DNA of 35,405 nucleotides, from UHGV virus genome UHGV-0379469; one strand, given 5' to 3'. Both the position numbers and the translations under genes were made by a program. Shown piece after piece: positions 7,940 through 16,540 of the stretch. The DNA comes from a virus. The notes beneath the pieces were generated by a model. The model was not told where the DNA came from. It searched no databases and worked only from the letters and a program-made list of their open reading frames with translations. Every line of letters starts with the position of its first letter. The first letter of the stretch is position 1.

Positions 7940-9049
7940 ATGACCGACACCACCATGCAATTGCTCAGTCAGGGCACAGCCCCCGTGAAAATGCCGGATT
8001 TTGATATTCTCGCGGAGGGTAAAACGCTGTCAGGCGTGGCAGAGCGCCTGATGAGCCTGTCACTGACCGACAACCGGGGATTTGAGGCGGACCAGCTCAC
8101 CATCACGCTGGATGATGCGGATGGTCAGTTGCAGCTACCGCCACGGGGCGCGCGCCTGACGGTTCTCATTGGCTGGAAAGGAGAACCGCTGACAGAAAAA
8201 GGCACTTACATTGTTGATGAAATCGCTCACGAAGGACCGCCGGACAGGCTGACTGTTTCAGCCAGAAGCGCAGATTTTCGGGATGAATTTAACGTTAAAC
8301 GTGAGGTGTCCTGGCATGATGTGACCGTTGAGCGTGTGGTATCCGCCATCGCTCATCGGTATGGTCTGAAACCGCAAATCAGCGAAATGCTGATGGATAT
8401 CGAAATCGACCACGCCGACCAGACCGAAGAAAGCGACATGTCCTTCCTTACGCGCATGGCGGAAATGCTGGGCGCAATCACCACGGTAAAAAGCGGCAAT
8501 CTGTTATTCATCATGCCAGGTGGTGGCGTGAACGCGCAGGGCCAGCCGTTGCCCTCGTTCGCCATTACACGCAGCAGCGGCGATCGCCATCAGTTCCGCA
8601 TTGCTGACCGCGAGGCGTATACGGGGGTACGCGCTTACTGGCTTGATCTTAATTACGGGAAAAAGAAAAAAGTCAGCGTGAAACGCCGCAAACCGCCAAA
8701 ACCCAAAAAGGAGAAAAGCAGCAGCCGTGAAGGTGATTATATGGAAGGCGCGGAAGGCAATGTGTTTGTGTTACGCAAGACTTATCAGAACGAGCAGGCA
8801 GCAAGACGCGCAGCGGCGGCAAAGTGGCAGCAGCTACAACGCGGAGCTGCATCATTCTCCATCACGCTGGCGCGTGGACGTGCGGAACTCTACCCCGAAA
8901 TGCATGGCACGGTGACAGGCTTCAAAAGTGACATCGACAATCAGGACTGGATTATTGCAAAAGCCGAGCACACCATTGATAACAGCGGCTTTACCACGCA
9001 GCTTGAGCTTGAAGCAAAAATCCCGGAATGGATAGCAGAAACAGAGTGA
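7940..9049 (+). CDS. D: tail protein D (late control gene D family)
   Basis: ATG at 7940 preceded by AGGGAGGGAA; protein contains ...YTGVRAYWLD..., a Lys/Arg-rich linker and ...FSITLARGR...; ORF-track start 7808 rejected (upstream 44 codons are S/P/T/R-rich and lack an RBS). Confidence 0.8.
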   Translation: MTDTTMQLLSQGTAPVKMPDFDILAEGKTLSGVAERLMSLSLTDNRGFEADQLTITLDDADGQLQLPPRGARLTVLIGWKGEPLTEKGTYIVDEIAHEGPPDRLTVSARSADFRDEFNVKREVSWHDVTVERVVSAIAHRYGLKPQISEMLMDIEIDHADQTEESDMSFLTRMAEMLGAITTVKSGNLLFIMPGGGVNAQGQPLPSFAITRSSGDRHQFRIADREAYTGVRAYWLDLNYGKKKKVSVKRRKPPKPKKEKSSSREGDYMEGAEGNVFVLRKTYQNEQAARRAAAAKWQQLQRGAASFSITLARGRAELYPEMHGTVTGFKSDIDNQDWIIAKAEHTIDNSGFTTQLELEAKIPEWIAETE

Positions 9050-9118
9050 GCAACTTAGATATATTAGCTCAGACTTAAGCTGGCAAGTTTACAGTATAGA
9101 ATTAAACATAAACGACGG

Positions 9119-9140
9119 TCCGCTCCGTGCCAGAAGCGGA
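9119..9140. terminator. weak hairpin between convergent D and cargo gene
   Basis: GTCCGCT..AGCGGAC stem followed by TTTG. Confidence 0.25.
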
Positions 9141-9169
9141 CTTTGTCATCCCCATGTAAGGTTGATTGC

Positions 9170-10192
9170 TTAATACGCATTTAATTTAAATTTGTATTTG
9201 CTTTCTATGTAATGGATAAATTCAATTATGCTTTTTTCTATCGCGTCTAATATATGAATATATCCATCCCGATTTAAGGTCCTATCCAACTCAAAATGAT
9301 GAACTATCCCATGTCTATATTGTATGATTTCAGAAATTCGATTCTCAAGGTAATCAACTGATTTTCCAATTCTTTTTTTCTTATAAAGAATCGCTCTCAC
9401 ATCTATATCTAGCCACTCTTTATATGCTTTGTTTAGGAGGGTTAAGTTTTGAAAAGTGTAATTTCTTGCAATAACACTTTCTATTGAAATATTTCCTTTC
9501 TCTATCTCAAGCAGAATATCAAAATCAACTTTTTGCTTATACGATGTTCTTTTTGCTATTGCGAAAGGATCGTACTTTATAAGTATTTGAAAAGCTCTAG
9601 AGAAAAAATATTCAAACATAGCAACCGCAAAAGGTACTAATCCATTATATATAACTCTACTGGGATCCATACATTGCATATCATCAAAGTATTCGGATAA
9701 GCCGCCATCTTCCGGCAGGTTTAATTTAATAGAAGGTTCAGGTAAGGCATGTTTAACAGCGGAAATCTCATGATGAACATGATTAAATATTGAAGAAATG
9801 CCACGACTGATCGGACTACTAGAATCCCCCCATAGAGGAGCGTATCTATTTTTCCCATAATCACCTATAAGTGTTCCACCAAAAAGACTCCTTGCGCCTT
9901 TTAGAACATCATTAAGCATTTTTACATCATGCCAACTAGCGCTAGATAAATTACGCACATGCAATGCCCATTTATTACCAGATATGTGTAGTTCGTCATT
10001 TGAAACAGGATATATATCAGCCGAAACTCCATCTGTAGATTTGAAGTCCGTATCATCAAACCAAGAGTAATTTAACGTTCCTTGGGGCCATTCCCACAAA
10101 TGTTTACACCTTTTAAAACCTAAATTTTCAAGATAATTTTTAAGTTCGTTTCTAGTTGCTTTTTTAGGGTACAGCGTTATATCTCTTCCCAT
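9170..10192 (-). CDS. hypothetical protein, AT-rich cargo gene; candidate anti-phage defence or abortive-infection protein
   Basis: 340-aa ORF with AGGTG RBS; much more AT-rich than the flanking phage genes; convergent with D and divergent from ogr; C-terminal RHGIVHH fits the Rx4-6H HEPN motif; no family recognised. Confidence 0.6.
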   Translation of the reverse strand: MGRDITLYPKKATRNELKNYLENLGFKRCKHLWEWPQGTLNYSWFDDTDFKSTDGVSADIYPVSNDELHISGNKWALHVRNLSSASWHDVKMLNDVLKGARSLFGGTLIGDYGKNRYAPLWGDSSSPISRGISSIFNHVHHEISAVKHALPEPSIKLNLPEDGGLSEYFDDMQCMDPSRVIYNGLVPFAVAMFEYFFSRAFQILIKYDPFAIAKRTSYKQKVDFDILLEIEKGNISIESVIARNYTFQNLTLLNKAYKEWLDIDVRAILYKKKRIGKSVDYLENRISEIIQYRHGIVHHFELDRTLNRDGYIHILDAIEKSIIEFIHYIESKYKFKLNAY

Positions 10193-10383
10193 GCTTTATT
10201 CACCTGACATACAATATTTTACATTTTAACTATCATGAACGTATGAATTTTTACATTGGATGTATGGAAGTTCAACAGCTATTGAAAGTTCAATTTTCAC
10301 TCTTCGCACAGAGCGAGCTGTTAGTTGGAATTAGGGATCGTACAATCTAGAATAGCGGCAGCACCACGTTAAGGGAGGTCGCT

Positions 10384-10644
10384 ATGTTCCGTTGTCCGCT
10401 TTGTGGCGCATCTGCCCGTATCCGCACAAGTCGTCCGGAAAATGATTCAAACACCGTGCGGCAAAAGTATTACCAGTGTAACAATCTGGAATGCGGCGTA
10501 TGCTTCTCAACACTGGAAGCTTTCCATAAATTCACATCGAAACAAGCCTCCGGCGTTCACTCTTCAGAAGGTATCCCGTGGCATGAGCTGCCAGCTTCAC
10601 ACAGGGGAAACAATCAGATGAGTTTGCCTTTACCTCAGAATTAA
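10384..10644 (+). CDS. ogr: Ogr/Delta-type zinc-finger late-gene transcription activator
   Basis: MFRCPLCGASARIRTSR...YYQCNNLECGVCFST: four-Cys zinc finger in the Ogr arrangement; located after D as in P2. Confidence 0.85.
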   Translation: MFRCPLCGASARIRTSRPENDSNTVRQKYYQCNNLECGVCFSTLEAFHKFTSKQASGVHSSEGIPWHELPASHRGNNQMSLPLPQN

Positions 10645-10834
10645 CAGGCAGAATTGCCGGAGTAACAAAAAAGCGATAGATTACGCGCGGGTGCCTTTCG
10701 GCTGATGGTCGGAGGGAATACCCGAAGGCCAGATGTGGAAAGGCCCCGGAAAACACTTTTGTTTAACCGAGGCCCTAACCGTCTACCCTAAGCAAGTGAA
10801 AGGTTAGCGCCTCTCCGGAAAAGGAGCAAGTGCT

Positions 10835-10975
10835 ATGTCGCAAAAATCGCTTACGGCCATCACGTTCTGCGTGACGGTAATCCTCATCATCTGGATGTTA
10901 CACGGTTCGCTGTGCGAAATACGGATGAGCTTCTGGGGAGCGGAGTTTGCGGCGTTCTTACAGTGTAAGCAGTAA
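10835..10975 (+). CDS. hok: Hok/Gef-family type I toxin (small membrane peptide)
   Basis: 46-aa ORF MSQKSLTAITFCVTVILIIWMLHGSLCEIRMSFWGAEFAAFLQCKQ: N-terminal TM helix plus SLCE(I/L)R...E(V/L)AAF signature of Hok peptides; not in the ORF track because it is short; flanked by strong hairpins. Confidence 0.7.
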   Translation: MSQKSLTAITFCVTVILIIWMLHGSLCEIRMSFWGAEFAAFLQCKQ

Positions 10976-10985
10976 GGAAACCGCG

Positions 10986-11005
10986 ACGGGGGAGCAATCC
11001 CCCGT
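10986..11005 (+). other. 8-bp stem / GCAA-loop hairpin in the hok 3' region
   Basis: ACGGGGGA GCAA TCCCCCGT. Confidence 0.4.
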
Positions 11006-11110
11006 CAATCGGTTGCCAGGGTAAGGCCGAAGTGGCACCCAAATTTAAATTGAGGCCCACCAGTAAGAGTGGTGGGCTTAACACTTGTTTAAATTTGAAA
11101 GGAACTCTTT

Positions 11111-11407
11111 ATGAGTGAAATGGTATTTTGTCGCGGATGCGGCAAGGAAATACATAAAGATGCCACATCCTGCCCCAATTGTGGAGCACCTCAAAGAACA
11201 GCAAGTTCAAAAAGCAGAATGACAGCCGCACTACTGGCTTTCTTTTTAGGTGGTCTTGGTGCACACAAATTTTATTTAGGTAAAGTGGGGCAAGGATTCC
11301 TTTACCTTATTTTTTGCTGGACATTCATTCCGGCAATCGTGGCATTTATTGAGTTTTTTATCTATCTATGCACCTCTGATGAAGATTTCGCCCGCAAATA
11401 TGGCTGA
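11111..11407 (+). CDS. zinc-ribbon + TM2-domain small membrane protein (cargo)
   Basis: N-terminal CxxC...CPNC zinc ribbon followed by two hydrophobic helices (LLAFFLGGLGAHKFYLG...) typical of TM2-domain proteins. Confidence 0.7.
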   Translation: MSEMVFCRGCGKEIHKDATSCPNCGAPQRTASSKSRMTAALLAFFLGGLGAHKFYLGKVGQGFLYLIFCWTFIPAIVAFIEFFIYLCTSDEDFARKYG

Positions 11408-11542
11408 TGCCTAACGGACGAATCAGAATGACAAACCCGCAGCGTAAAAATTGCGGGTTTTCTTTTTGTCACCCTCACACGTGAGGGCATCATACTTAAG
11501 ACAAAGCCCGCAATATTGCGAGCTTACCCTACATCTCGAAAA

Positions 11543-11563
11543 TGTGGTCACTGCGTGGACACG
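11543..11563 (+). repeat. putative integrase arm-type binding site (dimeric direct repeat)
   Basis: TGTGGTCActgcGTGGACAcg. Confidence 0.5.
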
Positions 11564-11809
11564 CTCTGACATAAATCCTTTTATATCAATTAATTAAATC
11601 ATCATTTTTTTCATCAACAAGGATTTTTAACCCTTTTTCAGTCTCTGACAATCTAAGGCTCCTTTATTAACAAACGCCCATTTGCAAACTGCTGTTTAAT
11701 CTGAAAAAACATTCATAATCATACAGATAACAACATAACCATTTAGACGGGCAATACTGAAAAATTGTTATTCAGTATCGCCCTTTAAGCCGTTTCAGGC
11801 TATATAAAA

Positions 11810-12829
11810 TTAATCCCCCGTGGACACTGCGTGGACACTCACGCCACCTTTCAGCGGATTAAGGGCCACCGCATCCTGCAGGTAATCCGGTGCAAAATGT
11901 GCATATGCCATTGTTTGCTGAATGGTTGCGTGGCCAAGAATCTTCTGAAGCGCAATAATGTTTCCTCCGTTCATCACAAAATGGCTGGCGAACGTATGCC
12001 GCAGCACATGTGCAGCCTGGCCTTTTGGCAAATCGGGCTTAACTCTTTTCAGCGCCAAGCAGAATTCCCGGTACTTCACCTCAAACAAGCCGCCTGTTTC
12101 TCTGGTTTTGATCGCCTCACAAACTGCCTGCGAAATTGGCACTGTTCTCTTTCGGCCATTTTTGGTTTCAAGAAACGTTACACGGTTATGAACTATCTGT
12201 TCACCACGAAGCTTACAGGCTTCACTCCAGCGCGCCCCCGTGCTTAAACACAAAAGCGCAACACGCCAGTAATCGCCCTCCAGTGTATCGAGCAATAACG
12301 CCACTTCCTTCTGGGACAGGAAAGCCATTTCTCGTGGAGATACATAAAGAATAGAAATTCCCCTTACCGGATGTTCTGCATCCCAGAGGCCTATTTTCTT
12401 CAGTACGGTAAACATTCCGGATAACCGATTCATGTATCTGTTAGCAGATGACGGTTTCAATCCATCAGCTATCTTTTGAGAACGCCACGCGATAATTTTT
12501 AGCTTATCAAGATCCACAGCCTGCATATCAGCGCCAAGCTCATTGATTATGTTGCGCAGTTGTTTTCGGTCTTCTTCCGCCTTACGCCTGTGCTGGCCGT
12601 GATACATCCACCACAACTCAAGCAAATCATTTAGCGTTCGACGATCACGGTAGCCCTGTATATATTCCCGCTTTTCAGCGTTCGCCATGATGTAGCGTTC
12701 AGTGGCCACCGCTACCGATTTTTTGTCAAATACCTTACGCACGCGCTTTCCCTTGCGTCCGTTCGGCCTGATGTCCAGCAAATAACGACCATCTTCGAGC
12801 TTCTTAATCGACATTGCGAAGCCCTCCAA
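11810..12829 (-). CDS. int: tyrosine integrase (P2 Int-like)
   Basis: 339-aa ORF; C-terminal catalytic region ...HVLRHTFASHF...LGHATIQQTMAYAHFAPDY with the R..H..R..Y signature. Confidence 0.9.
   Translation of the reverse strand: MEGFAMSIKKLEDGRYLLDIRPNGRKGKRVRKVFDKKSVAVATERYIMANAEKREYIQGYRDRRTLNDLLELWWMYHGQHRRKAEEDRKQLRNIINELGADMQAVDLDKLKIIAWRSQKIADGLKPSSANRYMNRLSGMFTVLKKIGLWDAEHPVRGISILYVSPREMAFLSQKEVALLLDTLEGDYWRVALLCLSTGARWSEACKLRGEQIVHNRVTFLETKNGRKRTVPISQAVCEAIKTRETGGLFEVKYREFCLALKRVKPDLPKGQAAHVLRHTFASHFVMNGGNIIALQKILGHATIQQTMAYAHFAPDYLQDAVALNPLKGGVSVHAVSTGD
11820..11838 (+). repeat. putative integrase arm-type binding site (dimeric direct repeat), overlaps int 3' end
   Basis: GTGGACActgcGTGGACAc; encodes ...VSVHAVST of Int. 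Confidence 0.5.
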
Positions 12830-12910
12830 TGAACCGCTCTACAATTTCTCCAGCCTCTTTCCAGCAATAATCAGACCAGACAAAAAGCAGGTCTAACCAG
12901 TTTTCTGGCC

Positions 12911-13231
12911 TCAGCGGGATAATTTTTGGATTGTTTCGGTTGAAACACGATCTCCCTCCGAATTGCAGGAACCATCAAGAGAGAGAGCCGGAGAAATTTG
13001 CCCAACCTCCGGCATCGTTTCATCTGTTGATAACCAATAAGCATATTTCTTAAATTTAGGGTGTTTCGTAACCTTAAGTAAGGCACCCTCTGTTACTTGC
13101 TTCCCCCTCACCTCATAGTTAGTTACCGTCCCATAAGGCAGCCCAACACAATCCGCAAACTCCTGGCGGGTCATACCTTCTGCTTCACGAATCAGGCGAA
13201 ATTTTTCACCCATGCTTGACAAAGATGCCAT
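12911..13231 (-). CDS. C: immunity repressor, P2 C-type (HTH)
   Basis: HTH segment MTRQEFADCVGLPYGTVTNYE and ...QISPAL... match the P2 C layout as recalled; start taken at MASLSS (alternative in-frame starts up to 13285). Confidence 0.75.
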   Translation of the reverse strand: MASLSSMGEKFRLIREAEGMTRQEFADCVGLPYGTVTNYEVRGKQVTEGALLKVTKHPKFKKYAYWLSTDETMPEVGQISPALSLDGSCNSEGDRVSTETIQKLSR

Positions 13232-13290
13232 ATCGGGCATATCCTCCATCGCAACATGCCACATCGGGCACAAACATAAAAACACTCAAA

Positions 13291-13319
13291 TAAGCCGATA
13301 TAAGCCATTTTGAGCCATT
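13291..13319. promoter_or_regulatory. candidate immunity operator: three 10-bp-phased direct repeats
   Basis: TAAGCCgata / TAAGCCattt / TGAGCCattc in the C-cox intergenic region. Confidence 0.45.
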
Positions 13320-13344
13320 CGAACGAATTAGGGAGATTACCACA

Positions 13345-13632
13345 ATGAGCGAATCAGAGCTTGGGGGCTTCATTCAGGTAGCACCATATCCACTTGAAGC
13401 GGTGCCATATCAACTATTCGCCAAGATGATCGGCCGCAAGGAATCCACAGTCAGAACCATGATTGACGCAGCAAAGCTACCGACAATTGACTTTGTGAAA
13501 CCAGGTTCAGTAAAGACGCGTGCATCAGAAAACTGGGTATATCTGCCAGCATTTAACGAAGGCATGCGCAAAGCGTTTTTTGAGCAACCGAAAGAACGCC
13601 GCGATGCATGGTTGTTGTGGCTGGGGCTTTAG
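13345..13632 (+). CDS. cox: Cox-like excisionase / transcriptional regulator
   Basis: ...PYQLFAKMIGRKESTVRTMIDAAKLP...WVYLPAFN...WLLWLGL matches P2 Cox as recalled; first gene of the early operon, divergent from C. Confidence 0.75.
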   Translation: MSESELGGFIQVAPYPLEAVPYQLFAKMIGRKESTVRTMIDAAKLPTIDFVKPGSVKTRASENWVYLPAFNEGMRKAFFEQPKERRDAWLLWLGL

Positions 13633-13638
13633 TCATAA

Positions 13639-13845
13639 ATGACCAGCCATATCATCAGCGCCATTCTGACCCTTGTTTTTATTGAGATAGGCGTAATAGC
13701 GATCTATTTGTTTCGTAAGTTAACGGGACATGAAGAACGCTTTATTGAACTCAGCATTGAATATATCGCCGCTTATACCAAAGGGCTTTTCCCGGCAGCT
13801 ATTGGGGCGATGTTTATAGCGTTTGTTATCTGGTTTATCGGGTGA
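13639..13845 (+). CDS. small hydrophobic membrane protein
   Basis: 68 aa, two predicted TM helices, tightly packed after cox. Confidence 0.45.
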   Translation: MTSHIISAILTLVFIEIGVIAIYLFRKLTGHEERFIELSIEYIAAYTKGLFPAAIGAMFIAFVIWFIG

Positions 13846-14097
13846 GAAACCTGATAAACCACAACTACTGCAATGAGGGTAATTATGTGTGGCATGGACA
13901 AATTGGACCTTATGTTAATTGTAATACTATCAATTAACTTCGGTTACCTCTTAAGCGGCGTAATTCTCATGTGCGGAGGCAAACGAAAATGAACCAGCAG
14001 TCCGCACAACGTGAAAACAATGCGATGCGATTTAATCGCAAATATTTTGAGTTCGGCCGCTATGCCGGAATAATTAAATCTGTACAGAGTCTTTAAA

Positions 14098-14439
14098 ATG
14101 AAACAGCAACGTAATTCACGCTTTCGTAATGGTGCTGAACGTCACGCTAACCGTTTCGCTACCAGTGCATCACGCAGCAACATCCGCTACAGCCTGAGTG
14201 ATACACACGCAACGCCGGATGGCTACCCAGTAAAACAAATCGGCGAGCATGCCTGGCTGATTGAGAAAGCTGGAATCGTGGTCCACAAATGCCCACGCAA
14301 TCCGTTTACTGGAAACCGCATTTTTGCTCTAAGCAGCGGCGAAAATCAGTTCGGGCAGGATTTCACATTATACGAAGCACTACGCACGGTTGATCGTCTG
14401 CTTCGCGGACAAGGTTTTATTAAACAGGCTGATTTATAA
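14098..14439 (+). CDS. hypothetical early protein
   Basis: 113-aa ORF in the early operon, codon usage like neighbours. Confidence 0.5.
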   Translation: MKQQRNSRFRNGAERHANRFATSASRSNIRYSLSDTHATPDGYPVKQIGEHAWLIEKAGIVVHKCPRNPFTGNRIFALSSGENQFGQDFTLYEALRTVDRLLRGQGFIKQADL

Positions 14440-14449
14440 CAGGTGCTTT

Positions 14450-14737
14450 ATGACCAAAGACCATGCACAAGGTGTATTTATCCGTTTTATTGATTTTCGC
14501 GGTGAACTGTTATTACGCGCATCCGCTATTGATGGAGTGGCTCCGGCGGGTAAAAACGGAGCCGACGAAGCCACTTACGTTTATCTGAACGGCACGCGAC
14601 TGCTTGTGGAACTTCCGTACCAGACCGTACGAGAAATCATTAGCAAAGCTGAAAAAGCGCGCCAGGCTAATGGCAATGAACCCTATATCGAAATTATTTG
14701 CATGGATTCAGAAGCTGAAATTCAGAAAGCAGATTAA
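14450..14737 (+). CDS. hypothetical early protein
   Basis: ATG at 14450 (MTKDHAQGVF...), 95 aa. Confidence 0.5.
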   Translation: MTKDHAQGVFIRFIDFRGELLLRASAIDGVAPAGKNGADEATYVYLNGTRLLVELPYQTVREIISKAEKARQANGNEPYIEIICMDSEAEIQKAD

Positions 14738-14748
14738 AGGGTGTTGCA

Positions 14749-14991
14749 ATGGGCAAAGAATATAAAACACTCATCAACAAAGCACTTGAGCGTTTTTATT
14801 TTCGCTTAAGTGCATCAGGCTCTCATGCTGAACGTGCAGCCCGTGACTCATTGACCAGGGCAATCCGGAGTCTGTATGACGTGGCTTTTTACGCTGATGA
14901 TCTGGATGCACTTAACGAACTTTCCGAGCTAATCTGTGCCGCAGAATGCGGGGAACATATTGAACCGTATAAGCTGGGGAATATCGCATGA
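14749..14991 (+). CDS. hypothetical early protein
   Basis: 80-aa ORF, 11 nt after the preceding stop. Confidence 0.5.
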   Translation: MGKEYKTLINKALERFYFRLSASGSHAERAARDSLTRAIRSLYDVAFYADDLDALNELSELICAAECGEHIEPYKLGNIA

Positions 14992-15104
14992 GTATATTTA
15001 TCTCATGGCTTGTTCTGATTATTTCTGTGGCCTGCGCCATTGGGATTATGCGAATTATTCATTCAGTAAAAAAGATTGAACGCTTTTTCACTGGCGAATA
15101 ACAG
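14988..15104 (+). CDS. small membrane peptide (translationally coupled)
   Basis: 38-aa ORF MSIFISWLVLIISVACAIGIMRIIHSVKKIERFFTGE starting at an ATGA overlap. Confidence 0.3.
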
Positions 15105-15193
15105 AGCAAATAAAACCACAGGTTAAATAAGAAAATGTAAAAACAATCCGCATTCGCGGAGGTATTCGCACACGTAAATAACGGAGATATAAA

Positions 15194-15610
15194 ATGAACA
15201 CAAAAGAAGAAGGCATTATCAACACATTAAAAAAAATATCAGAAGCGGAAGATGAAATGGCTAAAGATGCCGTGAAGCGTAGCCAACATATGGCAGCACT
15301 TCACGCACTGACCATTGCAAAAATCACCGCTGACGCAGCCAAAATTATTGAGGAACAGAGCAAAGAAATCGACACTCTTAAAACACAGTCAACAGTTGCA
15401 GCCATGAATCCGTCCAGCATTGGACGCTGCATTTATATTCTTGGTTCAGCAATGATGCCGCAATACACCATTATTGCCGAACTGCACGGCAAATACCTGA
15501 TAACGCCTTACCACACAAAAGAGTCTGAGCTTCTGACAAATCTCCGCCTGATAGAACGCTCTCAAGCTGTATTCATTGATGACGCGCAACGTGCCGTATT
15601 TAACGCATAG
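15194..15610 (+). CDS. hypothetical early protein
   Basis: 138-aa ORF. Confidence 0.5.
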   Translation: MNTKEEGIINTLKKISEAEDEMAKDAVKRSQHMAALHALTIAKITADAAKIIEEQSKEIDTLKTQSTVAAMNPSSIGRCIYILGSAMMPQYTIIAELHGKYLITPYHTKESELLTNLRLIERSQAVFIDDAQRAVFNA

Positions 15611-15633
15611 GGTTACTGGACAAAGGGGGCGCA

Positions 15634-15837
15634 ATGGCAATTAAGCATTTTTCCGTCGTTCGCTTTACCTCCAGAGGGCGCGAATACGAGGTCGACGAAC
15701 GCCTGATTACCACTATCGACAAACATCGTTCGGAAAAGGATGCGCACCACATCTACCTCACTGACGGCACTTATTTCTGCGCCACCAACGTGGCGCGGGT
15801 GAATCTTATCCGACAAGTACAGGAGCCACGCAGATGA
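15634..15837 (+). CDS. hypothetical early protein
   Basis: 67-aa ORF, overlaps next gene by 4 nt. Confidence 0.45.
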   Translation: MAIKHFSVVRFTSRGREYEVDERLITTIDKHRSEKDAHHIYLTDGTYFCATNVARVNLIRQVQEPRR

Positions 15838-16100
15838 CCATTCTGGACTACATCGCTACTCATCCGGGGTGTAGCGGCGGAGAGATCGCCGCAGCACTGA
15901 ATACTCCAACCACAGCCATTAATGCTGAGTTACGCCAACTTTGGCGCGGCGGCTTAGTCATCAGAACAAACCGCAGCACAGGTGGTCGCGCTCGCAAAAC
16001 TGGAGGCCAGGCTTCTTACCACGTAAACCCGATGCCGTTCGGGTGTAGCAATCCACTTACTCACATGTTTAACCAGCTACTGAAGGAAGCCAGAACATGA
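15834..16100 (+). CDS. hypothetical protein, possible winged-helix DNA-binding
   Basis: 88 aa; ATGA overlaps on both sides. Confidence 0.5.
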   Translation: MTILDYIATHPGCSGGEIAAALNTPTTAINAELRQLWRGGLVIRTNRSTGGRARKTGGQASYHVNPMPFGCSNPLTHMFNQLLKEART

Positions 16101-16396
16101 GCACCATCAACCACCAGAAGCTACGCGAACTGGCATTTGCCCTGCAACGAATGGCAACTCCTCAAAAATTACTGGCATTTCGCGCAATGCTCTCGCCGTC
16201 TGCTGTGCTGGCACTGCTGGATCAGCTGGAGCACGCCAGAACCACGGCTCCTGCCATTCGCCTGACGCTCCATCATGAAATCGCTGATTTCTGCGCAACG
16301 CTGGGGGCACCTGGCGAACCGGAAACGCCGGAAGCAATGCAGCAAGAGCTGCTGCAACGCATTGACAAGGTTTTTGATTTTTTTCTGAACCAGTAA
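16097..16396 (+). CDS. hypothetical early protein
   Basis: 99-aa ORF. Confidence 0.5.
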   Translation: MSTINHQKLRELAFALQRMATPQKLLAFRAMLSPSAVLALLDQLEHARTTAPAIRLTLHHEIADFCATLGAPGEPETPEAMQQELLQRIDKVFDFFLNQ

Positions 16397-16518
16397 GAAA
16401 CCAGAACATGCACACACAAAAAAACCGCTTGCCATGCCGCAATCGGTCAGGTTACATTTCCGTTGCACCTCATAAAACGGGTGCCGGGATTCTCAACCCG
16501 ATACAGAGCAAAGCGCAT

Positions 16519-16540
16519 AACCGCGCCAGCGGTTTTTTTG
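16519..16540 (+). terminator. intrinsic terminator-like hairpin with T7 tract
   Basis: aaCCGCgccaGCGGttttttt, about 125 nt after the preceding stop. Confidence 0.45.

Larger units (their letters stand above)
11408..11840. other. attP region (integrase arm-type sites flanking an AT-rich core)
   Basis: AT-rich intergenic tract between cargo and int; two copies of a dimeric GTGG(A/T)CA-N4-GTGGACA arm-like repeat at 11543..11563 and 11820..11838. Confidence 0.55.

Noticed and set aside
10887-11084. 65-aa minus-strand ORF
   Set aside because: Antisense to the Hok-like ORF and its hairpins; Pro/Leu/Arg-rich translation; the Hok frame has the family signature.
11408-11810. Possible tRNA gene fragment at attP
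   Set aside because: No cloverleaf-compatible sequence or T-loop/CCA-like motif seen by eye; would need a tRNAscan-type search.
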